A stretch of DNA of 63,767 nt, counting the filler, from Olpidium bornovanus S191 (Eukaryota; Fungi; Olpidiomycota), in NCBI GenBank assembly GCA_017911155.1. It is 33 parts of 33 records of this genome, joined end to end, with 100 filler letters (N's around TTAATTAATTAA, not from the genome) between each part and the next. Parts side by side here need not be neighbours in the genome. Positions count along the whole stretch, not along the records: positions 32,281 to 34,243 come from JAEFCI010006327.1; positions 34,344 to 35,544 come from JAEFCI010004872.1; positions 35,645 to 37,140 come from JAEFCI010009721.1; positions 37,241 to 38,727 come from JAEFCI010003686.1; positions 38,828 to 40,815 come from JAEFCI010012000.1; positions 40,916 to 44,056 come from JAEFCI010002702.1; positions 44,157 to 46,820 come from JAEFCI010000692.1; 26 more parts are not named here. One strand, 5' to 3'. The notes below the pieces were generated by a model, which saw only the letters and a program-made list of their open reading frames with translations, was not told the origin of the DNA and did not search any database. Below, piece after piece: positions 33,580 to 44,759 of the stretch. Position 1 is the first letter of the stretch; every line of letters starts with the position of its first letter. The position numbers were made by a program, and so were the translations under genes.

Positions 33580-33780
33580 CATGCAGGCCGGAGGGGGCAT
33601 GGTAACATGGCACATGCCGCCCGGAATAAATAATAAGCGGGAGCATGGTAACATATGTTCATGCAGACCGAAAGCGGGAGCATGGTAACATGGCACATGC
33701 AGACCGAATAAGTGGGGGCATGGTAACAAGGCACATGCTGCCCGGCGGGAGCATGGTAACATAGTTCATGCAGACCGGTT
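33580..33780. repeat. Five copies of GCATGGTAACA(TGGCACATGC) with 33-45 bp spacing
   Basis: Core occurs at about 33598, 33643, 33680, 33718 and 33751. Confidence 0.85.
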
Positions 33781-34609
33781 CCAGCTTGGGCGGGCGTCGT
33801 GGGAATGGGTGGTCATCGCCATGTTTGTTTATCGTTCCGCCGATTTTTGCAACACTGACGCTCACCGGTCCGTAGGAGGCGGTGTCCAGCCTACGCACAT
33901 GCTTTGATGCTGTGCGGGGTGCCGAGGAGAGGGTCGGCGACCTCGGCGTATATGGACGATGTGGTTAGCCTCCGCAAGATCAGGGTTTTCGAGGCGGTGT
34001 CCAGCCTTCGCGTATGCTTCGCGCTGCGCAAGGTGCCGAGGACAGTTGCGGGCGGCCTCGGCGTATGGGCGTTGGGTTGCCTCAAAGCCCTCATTTCGCG
34101 TGGTCAAAAAGTAAGTCAGCGTTTTTTGCCCCATTTTTTCTCTGGTTTGTTTGCAATAATGACGCCCTCTGCCCACGGTGAAACAGACTCGCCAAACAGT
34201 GACGGTGTTCAACGCTTCCATACCGAAAAAGTAAGTGCATGTANNNNNNNNNNNNNNNNNNNNNNNNNNNNNNNNNNNNNNNNNNNNTTAATTAATTAAN
34301 NNNNNNNNNNNNNNNNNNNNNNNNNNNNNNNNNNNNNNNNNNNCATGCAAACTTCTGAATGGCCAAGTACAATCCACGGTAGGACCGAAGCTCATCGGCT
34401 AACAAGGAAACCGGTAATTTTAGCGGTCGCGAAGGCGCAAGGTTGCACTCACTGCGATCGTTGCGCGGTAGACATCATCAAACGGTAATTTAGGTTTCGA
34501 CAAACACCACCGTGGTCGACAGGCTCGGACAAAGCAGAAAATGGGGTACATTTGAACTGGAGGGCGGGTAATATGGGAAGCAGCGTTCATACTGACGAAT
34601 CTCTTCCCT

Positions 34610-35152
34610 TCAAAATATCCTGCTGGCTTGGTCGTTTTCCGGAAAGCGTCGTCTCCCGAACTTAGTGCGATTTGACTGCTCGCTAGTGAGTCCGCAAGGG
34701 ACGCCTTCGCCGTCAGAGGCAATGTCGGTGCCGAACGCGTCGGATCCGAGGACCGGGGGAAGGTCAAGCCCTGCTCCAGCCTGGTACGCGTCGTGTGTGG
34801 CGCGGGCGGCCGCCAAAGCAGTGTCATCTGCCACGGAACCCGGGTCGCGGGACCCGCACGGATCTACCGTCTGCTCGGCAATGCGGGTGCTCTGGAACAA
34901 ACTGCGACCGAACAGGTCGGCCCCGCTGTCGCTGTGATTGCCGTACACGCCCCGTCCCTTGCGGCTGCCAAAGCTGGGCGAGGGATTTTCAGTGTTTGCG
35001 CGGGGCTGATCGTCCCAGACGGCCGCGGACTCCGCCAGGGACTCTGAAGGGGTGACGCTGCTGGGAGGAGAACGATGGGAAACAGCCTCCAGCGGATCGG
35101 CCGGGCCTTCATAACGGGAACCGCGATGGGTTTCGCCGGTAATCGGGTTCAC
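34610..35152 (-). CDS. Hypothetical low-complexity protein fragment
   Basis: 180-codon Ser/Ala/Asp-rich ORF. No family recognised. Confidence 0.25.
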   Translation of the reverse strand: MNPITGETHRGSRYEGPADPLEAVSHRSPPSSVTPSESLAESAAVWDDQPRANTENPSPSFGSRKGRGVYGNHSDSGADLFGRSLFQSTRIAEQTVDPCGSRDPGSVADDTALAAARATHDAYQAGAGLDLPPVLGSDAFGTDIASDGEGVPCGLTSEQSNRTKFGRRRFPENDQASRIF

Positions 35153-35749
35153 CCCGCTTCGCCCCGTGGAAGTGCGCGGAGAGTCCGATACTGGGGATCC
35201 AAAGCCGACGATGTCCTGTGCGTTCGTTTTCGTGTCCGGAAATCAAACAGGATAAGAATTCGGAGTTGAGAGGAGGCGAGACGCGCGTACATCGTCGGCG
35301 GCGCGCGCGGATCCGCTAGAAAACGCCCGTCCTTGGAGGCCAGTCGGTTCCCCTGGGTTGGTTTGCGCTGCCCTCGGCAAGAGCTGCAAACACCACGAAA
35401 GAGGACACCACGATCACCCACCTGCATGCCCCCCTTCCTGAACCTGTTTGCATGGTACTCTGCCGATCGAAGCATGTTTCCTACGACTTCTGTCGCTGAC
35501 AGTCGTGCGCGGCTCGGTCAACGAGCGCAGTGGGTGGGAGGCGGNNNNNNNNNNNNNNNNNNNNNNNNNNNNNNNNNNNNNNNNNNNNTTAATTAATTAA
35601 NNNNNNNNNNNNNNNNNNNNNNNNNNNNNNNNNNNNNNNNNNNNATTCAGGACTTCGGACAACGGCCTGACAACTGAAAGCGACACGAGGAGTCGTCGAG
35701 ATCAGACAAATCGCACAGCCTTTTCCCATCAAGACACGACATTCTACCT

Positions 35750-36851
35750 GATTCAATCATCATGTCTTTCAGCAAGGACGGACATCGCATCGAATCGCGA
35801 GTCCGCTGTTGCTCCTGGATGGTCTCTAAAGCGGCCGATAATGACGCTTTGTGTTCATCTAGGGCATCGGACAACGGCCAGACGACTAGAAAAGAGCGCC
35901 CGGAATGCGTCGGTTTTAATCAGAACAACAAGGGGCGACTTTTTAATTTTTAGTTGTTTTTTTTTTCTTTTGCGGAATACGATATATTCTACCTGAGTCC
36001 AGGATCGCGTCCTTCAGCGCGGAAGGCGTAACCGCCTCCTGCTTGATCAGCAGAAGGCTTCTCTCGAGCCGCGCGAGTTGTTCCCTCCTCTCCCTCTCCG
36101 CCTCGCGGAAGCGCTCTCCCAGGTCGGCCAAGTTGACGCTCACGCCTTCCACTTTCTGGTGGAGCGCAGCGAGCTTCGCCGCTTCCGCTTTTCGGAGGCG
36201 CAGCGCGGCGCGCGTCTCCTCCGCGAGGGCTTTGACCCCGTCCGCGGCTTCTTGCGCCGCCGCGCTATCCCGCCGGTACCCGCTCTCCAGCACCCGTTGG
36301 AAGCACCGGACCTGGGCGTGGAGGCGGCGCACCTCGAAGGTCGTCGGCCGTAGCAGCTTCGCGTCGAACGGGGGGGGGTTGCCGGAGTCCGCGTAGGCGG
36401 TCCCGCCGCAGTCGCCGTCGCCGTTGCCGCCGCCGGGGGAGGCCGGCGGGGAACCGGCGGCTTCTCCCGCGCGCCGCGGCGCCGCCGGCCCGTCCCGGCT
36501 CTCGCCGGCCAGGTCTCCGCCCGCCGGGCCCTCCGGCGCGGCGGCGGCGGGGGCGGCCGCGCTTCCCGCGACGCCGGCCGCCCGCGCCGCCCGGTCGCCG
36601 GCGTTCCGCGGCCGGCGTCGCCGCTTCGCGGGCGCGTCGGGCGCGGCCCCGGCGGGGGCGGGCGCCGCCTCCTGCGGGGAGCGCGTCCGGCACGTTTTCT
36701 TCCTCGGCGGCCGCCCCCCCGCCGCGCCGCGGTCGCCGGGCGTTCCCTCCGGAACGTCCTCTCCCGGGCAACCGCCGCGCGAGCCTCCCGAGGCGGGCGC
36801 TGCAGCTGGGGGCGGCGACGGGGCACTGGCGGCTCCGGCGGCGCCGGACAT
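35750..36851 (-). CDS. Hypothetical coiled-coil protein with disordered basic N-terminus (NLS-like KRRRR)
   Basis: ATG at 36851; exon 1 ends at 35993 (G|GTAGAA). A heptad-rich region is followed by a probable second exon, DALDEHKASLSAALETIQEQQR...IESG. Confidence 0.55.
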
Positions 36852-36900
36852 GGGCGGCGAGAGGGGAAGTTGAGAGGCTAAAGCGCTGCGGTGGGGGGAG

Positions 36901-36956
<56 letters not shown>

Positions 36957-37108
36957 GTTCTGTGAGAGAACTCTCTCTCCCCCCGCTTCCGTTCTCTTTA
37001 GCAACGCGGGTGAGAAAAAAAAAAAAATTAATTCTGTTTTACTTTTCTCCGTCGTCCAGAAAACCCGCAGAACGTACAAAATGTTAAGAAAAAAAAGGCG
37101 GAAAAGGG

Positions 37109-37140
<32 letters not shown>

Positions 37141-37240
37141 NNNNNNNNNNNNNNNNNNNNNNNNNNNNNNNNNNNNNNNNNNNNTTAATTAATTAANNNN
37201 NNNNNNNNNNNNNNNNNNNNNNNNNNNNNNNNNNNNNNNN

Positions 37241-37285
<45 letters not shown>

Positions 37286-38033
37286 AAACAAGAAGGAAAA
37301 AGAGAGAAGACGCGTCGCTCCATCATCCTCCCCCGCTCCCCTCCAGCCCCGTCCCCCGATCCCCGTCCCCCGTCCCCCGTCCCCAGTCCCCCCACAGGAG
37401 AGGGCGGAGGCTTGAAAACGCGCGAAAAGAACCCGCTCGGGCCGGAGAGAACTTTTTCTTTGTTTTTCTGCCCCGTCCCCCTATAGCCACATTTCGGCTA
37501 TAACAGCAATAATCCGCGGTCCTCGCGGCCCGTCCCATACAAAAATCCCCCCCCCTCCCTCCATAACAGCCGTCAACTTCACGTGCCAGATCCACTAATA
37601 TAAATTCTAATCAGACCTCGAAGCAGAACGGTGAGCTGTTTAGGCACGGGAGTGTCGGCGCAGGCGGGTTGCATTTGCCAACAACCTGAGCCGCTTGGAG
37701 GCCGCCTGTAATAATTTTCGTGCTTTCGATCATATTTTTATTTCTTTTATTTTTTTTTTCCATAAACTTCTCCAAGTCTCGAATTCGTGACGAGCTTGGA
37801 AGCCGTTCCCGCGCCACCCCAGGATACTGTCCGTTGTCTTGCTGGGTCAAACTCTGCCAGTCAACCCCCAAGTCTAGAGTTCGTGCGCGTTTGTAGTACG
37901 TGATCATCCTTTGTGTCTACTTAGTGTGTCTACTTGCGGCGGGGGGGGGGGGGGAAGGGGGGGGATTCTAGTGATTACTTGGAAAATCGTTTTAAAACTG
38001 CTAATAGGAAAAAGCATCCTCCATAGCATTTTT

Positions 38034-38726
38034 TTAAAACATAGAATCGGAAATAGCATTTTGCAAAATATCTTCTAGTTTCAAAATTTTCTGGGCTCTG
38101 AGACTGTTGGAGTTCGTGAAATCCGTTTCCGTACGGGCGATCGTTTCAAGTATCGATCGCAGCACCGCCATATGGTCGCAGTACGCGTTCAGGGCTTCAC
38201 TGTGTTCAACTGTGGAAAAGCCCAGCGTCCTCAACATTTCGAGCAAGTCTAGGGCCCGTTTTAGCCACCGGGAACGGTCTGTGATCAGCCATCCAGGCTC
38301 CGTGCGTTGCAGTTCATCAAGGAGACTTCCGCACAGAACTTTTGCCAATGAAAACAGCCATTCTCTCGCGGGCAGGCGGATGTGGAAAAGGTCCTCAGCA
38401 GAGGAAAGATCGTCAGCAGGGTCAAGGTCCTCAGCAGAGGAAAGATCGTCAGCAGGGTCAAGGTCGTCGACAGGGTCAAGGTCGTCAGCAGGGTCAAGGT
38501 CGTCAGCAGGGTAAAGGTTGTCAGCAAGGTAGGGGTCGTCAGCAGGGTATGAGGTTTCGGCCAGCTGGGTGACGTGTTCGAGCACGCCGGAGCCTAGCGA
38601 ATCCCACCCGCCGACCGGCCGCTCGAGTGCCTCCCGCCAGGCGGCGAACGGCACCTCGGGAATTATGATTCCGTTCGGCACGATGCGCGTGGATAGCTTG
38701 TACATCTTGGTTAAAATCCAATCCAT
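38034..38726 (-). CDS. Intronless hypothetical protein with acidic DPADDL hexapeptide repeats (possibly 5' partial)
   Basis: 230-codon ORF. An 18-bp repeat at about 38385-38545 encodes YPADDP/DPADDL/SSAEDL. Confidence 0.55.
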   Translation of the reverse strand: MDWILTKMYKLSTRIVPNGIIIPEVPFAAWREALERPVGGWDSLGSGVLEHVTQLAETSYPADDPYLADNLYPADDLDPADDLDPVDDLDPADDLSSAEDLDPADDLSSAEDLFHIRLPAREWLFSLAKVLCGSLLDELQRTEPGWLITDRSRWLKRALDLLEMLRTLGFSTVEHSEALNAYCDHMAVLRSILETIARTETDFTNSNSLRAQKILKLEDILQNAISDSMF

Positions 38727-39749
38727 GNNNNNNNNNNNNNNNNNNNNNNNNNNNNNNNNNNNNNNNNNNNNTTAATTAATTAANNNNNNNNNNNNNNNNN
38801 NNNNNNNNNNNNNNNNNNNNNNNNNNNCTGCCCCAAGTGCGACACGCAATTAGTGGCAGCAGCAGCCATTACGACCGGCCGCCCTCCCCTCCTCGACTGC
38901 GTCGCTGCTGCCTTGGACGACACCTCCCGTGCCGCGCTTGCGACCATGTGCGGTACAGGGGGAGATGTCGAGTATTCACTCGACTGCTGTCGGGAGACTG
39001 TTGATTCCAACGGGGTTGTGGCAGGCTGGGATGGGCAGCAGTGGGCTGTTTTACGCATGCTGATTGCCGCAAGTACGGGTGGCCGCGGGACAGCGAAGTT
39101 CTTTTCTTGCTGTTATCGCAGCTCTCTTCGATGCGGGCTTTGGCGCGCTCCCCTTGCTCCCTGACACCGCCCTCCAACCCCAGGAGCAGCCAACCGCCCA
39201 CTCGGAGGGGCGTCGCAGTCGCAGGCGGTCGAGACTAGTCAGCTTGGAGCCCCACGGGAGGTCGTCAAAGCGCCTTCGAAAGGTGCTACGTTGCTTTTAT
39301 TTTGTTTTTGTTCGGTGAATCGTTCGCGTATGGGGGGGGAGGGGAAGGAACCAGGGGGGGCCTCCTTATGCGCCAAGCGCATAATTCACCGGGGCATTAA
39401 TTGCCCCACAGCCGCCCCCTCGCGGCATTCCCTACCTACTGAAGAGGGGGATGCCGCGAAACTAAGCGAAAGCACGGAGGAGAAAGAGGAAAAAGCGAGG
39501 AAAGGAGGCGCAACAATTATTAGCAAAAGGAGACTACGTAGTATACAAATGTGCGAGCAAGCAAGGTAAACGGGGGGGGGAGGAACCAGCCCCGGCGGCC
39601 CGGAAAACGTAGCCCTTGAACATGTCCCCGACGGGCTTCCCCCGGACCCTTTTCCTGAAGCATGCGCGTATCGTAGAGGATGCCGACCATCACACCGCCA
39701 TCGGCTTGAAGCCCCACTGGTTGCCACGCCCAGGTTTGCAACATGTTGC

Positions 39750-40470
39750 CTTATCCCTGCCCTCCTTTGCCTCCGCACTGCTCATCCGGGCGGAATTGCC
39801 CGATGTCCCGGTTTGTCCACCACCACCTGCCCTCGCTCACCGGCCTATTCGCGGCCGAACCGTCTGTATACACCTTCTCGTCCTCGTTAAAAGGCTGGTC
39901 ATCGTCGGCTCGCAGCCACTCTCAGTAGACCCCGGGCGGCAACGCCCGTTGTCGCTCCGCTACGAAGGTGTTTACCACGCGGCGGTGTCCCATGACATGG
40001 CGTCAAAGCGGTGGTGACAAATAAGTGCTGTATCGGTATGCCATGAAAAAATAAGCTGCTGCCGACGCTTCCAACCGGTCCAGCCATCCTATCCCCAACG
40101 TTTGACGTTCCGCATCCATGGACAGCGTAAGAATGGTCGACCAGCGCCGCCTCTCCAAACGCTTCAGCATATCCAATTGTTCCTTATTCCACGGAGATAG
40201 CTCTTTCCACTGCCGTGCTGGGGCTCCCCAAGCGACAGCGTCGACGACTCTCTTGCAGTTGGACAGGGAATGGCGGGAGAAGGTCAGGAACACCCTGAAT
40301 TCGTTTCCAGTGAAACGGAGAAGGGGGTGCACTTTTGTCAAACTTTGGAGGTCTCGTTCTCTGCGAAGAGAGCTCTGATTCCCGATCTGTTTGTTGTGGC
40401 AGATCCGCGCTACCGAGAAGAGTTTGCCTGTAGCGACTGCTTGCCGATTGGGCGGGTCCTCACGTCGCAA
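39750..40470 (-). mobile_element. Possible decayed retroelement RT/RNase H region
   Basis: KVYTDGSA, an RNase H first-strand-like motif, at about 39850-39875 follows an upstream protein-like ORF at 40003-40470. The frames are broken. Confidence 0.3.
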
Positions 40471-40914
40471 TCGTCAAAAGAAGCTCAAATTTGCCTCGTT
40501 TTGGGATATATTCTCATCGTTCTCCGCCGAACGGCCGCCGATCGTTCTACAACTTTGGGGAGATTTGCGCGATCGTGGTGCAGTGGTTTGCTCCAAGTTT
40601 GACGGGGATCGGTGCGGTACTCGCCGAGAAAACGCGTAAAGAAGTTTGCCAAAAACGCGGGGGGTGCTCAGAATCTCCCCCCCAGATTACCGACGCAACG
40701 GTAACCAATCAGAGCTATGGCAGTGCCCCCAAATCGCCCAAACGGCGCAGAGCGGCCCAAAATCAACGCAGAAAGAAGGGAAAAGAGCGGAGAAAAGCCA
40801 GGAAAGAAATAAGAANNNNNNNNNNNNNNNNNNNNNNNNNNNNNNNNNNNNNNNNNNNNTTAATTAATTAANNNNNNNNNNNNNNNNNNNNNNNNNNNNN
40901 NNNNNNNNNNNNNN

Positions 40915-41118
40915 NCGGTGTTTACGGAGCCATTTGAGAGATGCGCGTCTCTGGAGGCGTGTTAGGTAGCGCCTCTCTGCTTTCCTCTCCATCTCGGATA
41001 CTAGCAGCCTGTGACAAGTGTCCTTGACGTTCTCAAAGATCACGGTCCTGTTGGTGTAGACGACGTTGAGAACGAAGCCGATTATGACAGCCAAGACGAA
41101 TTCGAGAAGGGTTGCCAT
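40915..41118 (-). CDS. Small N-terminally anchored protein (3' partial)
   Basis: MATLLEFVLAVIIGFVLNVVY hydrophobic start, then a basic helix. Runs into the gap. Confidence 0.35.
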
Positions 41119-41960
41119 TGTTAAACGACTGTTAACAACCGAAATTGTTTGTTTGTTTTGTGCTTTTGTTGCGAAAAGCGAGTTTTGTGCTCTGATTTTG
41201 TTGTATCCCCCTAATTTGCCCTCTTTCTTTTGCTAGTTGAACCATTAGTAGGGTTTTAAGACCATCGGTCTTTTTTACAGGTTGCACGACGTCACATACC
41301 ACCCATATAACGTATCGCTAGACGCAAAAGAGCTTTTTAAAAAATGATACAGATGTTGATCTGCGACCCGAATGCGTGATAATTAATCACACGAACGTTG
41401 GTTTCGACGTCCTCCGTCTGCGTCGCGTTATCAACGGTCAAAACCTGGGGCGCGACGTCCTCTGGTGGGGTCGGTTCCGTCTGCGCCGCCTTGTTGACGG
41501 GCGCGACACACGTGCCCGCAAGAGCGCGACGTCACATTACTTGATAATTGGCTTGAACAATTCTTACACCAGGACTTCCCGGCGTAGAACAAATCCTCTT
41601 CCCAGTGTTTCCCGCACCTCGTACAAAGGCGGGTAAGAGCGGGTGAAGACGAACCGATCATGGTAACAGCACTGTAATATCCCTTGGATCGACGACTCCT
41701 CCATTACCCTACGGGGAATGATGGTCTCACTAGCTTTGTGCGTTCCCATCGCACTCACACTGGATGTATACAAAAGGCGTTGTTGAACTGGACAACAACA
41801 CCGTCCCACCGAGCTTCCCATCCACATCACTACACGAAAACACCGCGCAACTCTCTCCCGCACGCAACCCAACTCGGCGTCGACCGCATCTTCCCTCTCT
41901 CCCGCGCGCACCAGCTCTCTCCCGCGCGCAACCTGACTTGGCGTCGCGCGCATCTTCAAC

Positions 41961-42858
41961 CATGTCCACGGCACCCCCGGCGGCTTCTCCGCCAGCCCGT
42001 ACACCTCCCTCCGCGGAGATGGAGCTCCTCCAGGCAAAACCTCGCATCGCAGAGCTAGAGAAAGAGAAGTTGGAACTGGAGCTGAAGGTGGCCAAACGCG
42101 TCGCGGTCTCGGACGACGATGACGACGTGGATAACCTCTTCACTGGCAACCTCGAGAAGACCAACACCACGGTCGTAGAGAGACTCGTTTTAAGCGTCTC
42201 CGAGACCGAGGATGAGAGCTACCCGACGGTCGGCGACGCCCTCGTCGAGCCGTTGGCCTTCGTCCTCCTGGACGGACCACTCAACACCGTCCTCTCGTAG
42301 GAGTTGCAGGAGCGCCTCGTCCGCCGCAGACGACGCTACGCTGGGCTCTCCCGGAAGGTTTCCCTGCGGCTCCCCGAGGCCCTTTTCCGTTAAGTTCCTG
42401 CCGCAGACAAGAAAGACTCATTTCGGCTGACGGTGACAAGGAAACACGCGGAAAAGAGGGTGGAGGGCCTGCTGGCGGCGCTGCAGCACCTAGCTCGTGC
42501 ACTGGCCTACTTCCAGCGCTCGCTTGAGATGCTGCAGGCGTCCATCCCGTCTTCCGCGATGTCGGAAGACAACAACCTGTTGGCCGACAACAACATGCCT
42601 GGTGACCTGTTTGGTCACGTCCTTCTCCAGACCGCCAACGTGCCCGACCTCGTCGACAGCGACCGGCGGCAGGCAATCAAGTCTCTCGGTGTCGAACCGA
42701 TGGCCGTCCCTGAGGTCCTTCGTGAGCTTCGGCTTGACCGAGTCGACAAGAAGACACTCGTTTTCGAGATGACCGCGTGTGATCGCGTCACCTCCGCGCG
42801 TGCGATCGCGTCACCTCCGCGCGTGCGATCGCGTCACCTCCGCGCGTGCGAAGGCTAA
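41961..42858 (+). pseudogene. Interrupted intronless ORF pair with N-terminal coiled coil; possibly a TE-derived gag/ORF1
   Basis: ELLQAKPRIAELEKEKLELELKVAK...* then ...VEGLLAALQHLARALAYFQRSLEML.... Lies upstream of tandem repeats and an LTR-like sequence. Confidence 0.35.
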
Positions 42859-43380
42859 CAAGAGCCTTCAGAATTTCCGCACCAAAATTGGTGGAAAGGT
42901 CCATGGTGGCGCGGCGGGTGGCCGGAGGCGGCGCGGCGGGCGACCGAGGACGGCGCGATGGGCGGCCGGATGCGGCGCGGCGGGCGGCCGGATGCGGCGC
43001 GGCGGGCGGCCGGATGCGGCGCGGCGGGCGGCCGGATGCGGCGCGGCGGGCGGCCGAAGGCGGCAGAGATGGCGCAGCCGGTGGCCGGAGGCGGCGCGGC
43101 GGGCGGCCGAGGGCAGCGCAGCGGGTGGCCGGAGGCGGCGCGGCGGGCGGCTGAGGGCGGCGCGGCGGGCGCCCGGAGGCGGCGCGCCCGGAGGCGGCGC
43201 GCCGAGCGGCCGAGGGCGGCGGAGATGAGGCGACGGGTGGCCGGAGGCGGCGGAGATGGCGCGGCGGGCGGCCGAAGGCGGCGCGATGGGCGACCGGAGG
43301 CAGCGCGGCGAGTGGCCGAAGGTGGCGGAGATGGCGCGGCGGGCGGCCGGAGGCGGCGCGGCGAGTGGCCAAAGGCGGCA
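42776..43380. repeat. 23-bp tandem GATCGCGTCACCTCCGCGCGTGC (x3) followed by a GC-rich GGCGGCGCGGCGGGCGGCCG array
   Basis: Direct read. Confidence 0.9.
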
Positions 43381-43382
43381 GA

Positions 43383-44056
43383 TGTAACAAGCGAAATACG
43401 TAATCTGCGCGTAGCGCTATCTGGAGATTACATTCGCCGTCTAGCTCTGGGTCTGGATCTGCAGGCTAAGCCTAAGAGTACAAAAGTTCGAAATTCTGGA
43501 GATTCTTGGGAATTCCGTAGCTCTAAAAGTACGGTTGTATATGCTATATATATGCGCGGCTGCCTTGGCCGGCGCCATAGCAGATATGTGGTGTGTGTGC
43601 GTGTGTGTGTGTGCAGTACCGCGCATACCGGTTCGCACCATCCGGTGCGCAATATTCGTGCACAATGTCTGGCCCACCATACATGGAGCGCAATATCCAG
43701 TATTGCGGCTCCGGCACTGGCATTGGGCTCAGAAATGCTCCGAGAACACGGTGAAAATAAGGCACGGGCTCGGAAATACTCCGAAAGCCACAGCATGGTG
43801 GAAATTCGTCGATAATACGGCTCGGGCGCCACCACAATGGTGAGCCCACGCTTGGTGAGCTCACGCACACTATCGGTGCCACCACACTGGTGGGCCCACA
43901 CACTGGTCTCGGTCTTGATCTAGGTCTAGGGGTCACATGATGTCGCGACTAGACAAACTGGTGTGTCTAGTGGTCTTGACGATTCTCGGGTCTCGTGACT
44001 GCTGGTTGGCAGGCGTACCCGAGAGGGGCTTGACGCAACCTGAGGGGTTTGATACC
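43383..44056 (+). mobile_element. Probable LTR, starting TGTAACAAG after a purine-rich AAAGGCGGCAGA
   Basis: The first ~80 bp are homologous to 1031-1130. It has a TG start and a PPT-like 5' flank; the right end is not defined. Confidence 0.5.
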
Positions 44057-44156
44057 NNNNNNNNNNNNNNNNNNNNNNNNNNNNNNNNNNNNNNNNNNNN
44101 TTAATTAATTAANNNNNNNNNNNNNNNNNNNNNNNNNNNNNNNNNNNNNNNNNNNN

Positions 44157-44757
44157 CAGAGGGTTCGTTTCCCCGAATTTCCTGGACCGTCGCGCCCACC
44201 GGCCTACTCGCCGCATGCCCTTCTTCCGCCAGGACCACACGCTTCCGCCTCACAGCTCCCATCATGCGACTCGGAACACCTCCGGGCCCTTCCTCACAGG
44301 CAGCCAAGAATTCAGCCCACGACATCGTCACTTCCTGCTTGAGGAATCGATTCTCCATGAACGAGTCCACACTGAATGCCTCCTGCACCTCACATCGAAG
44401 ATGTCCTCGAGGAGCCTTCCGGGACTCGCCGTTATCGGCCTTCGACTCCGCAGCGGGTCGGATTACCTCCCGCGGACCCGGCCGTTTCCCCGGCGCAACG
44501 GCAACCTCCCCGCGGGCTCCCCCAAATCCTTTAGCACTCCGCCTCGCTGGCTCCGCCCCCGGGCCCCGCCGGGCCCGCTTCTCATTGCTGTCCTCTAGGG
44601 GGTCTTGTCCCGCGCGCTTTTCGTCCACCCAGGCTCCAGCTTGCCCACGGGCCGCGTACGAGCCCCACTCACCTTGCCACAAAGGCATGCCTTCACAGCC
44701 CGCAGCCTCATCGTCCCACGTGTACTCATCAACGCCTGATTCGCCTCCCACCCTCAT
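44157..44757 (-). mobile_element. Ty3/gypsy gag-pol linker fragment (upstream of protease)
   Basis: LRCEVQEAFSVDSFMENRFLKQEVTMSWAEFLAA...RRKRV resembles the pre-protease region of fungal gypsy elements. Confidence 0.5.
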
Positions 44758-44759
44758 CG

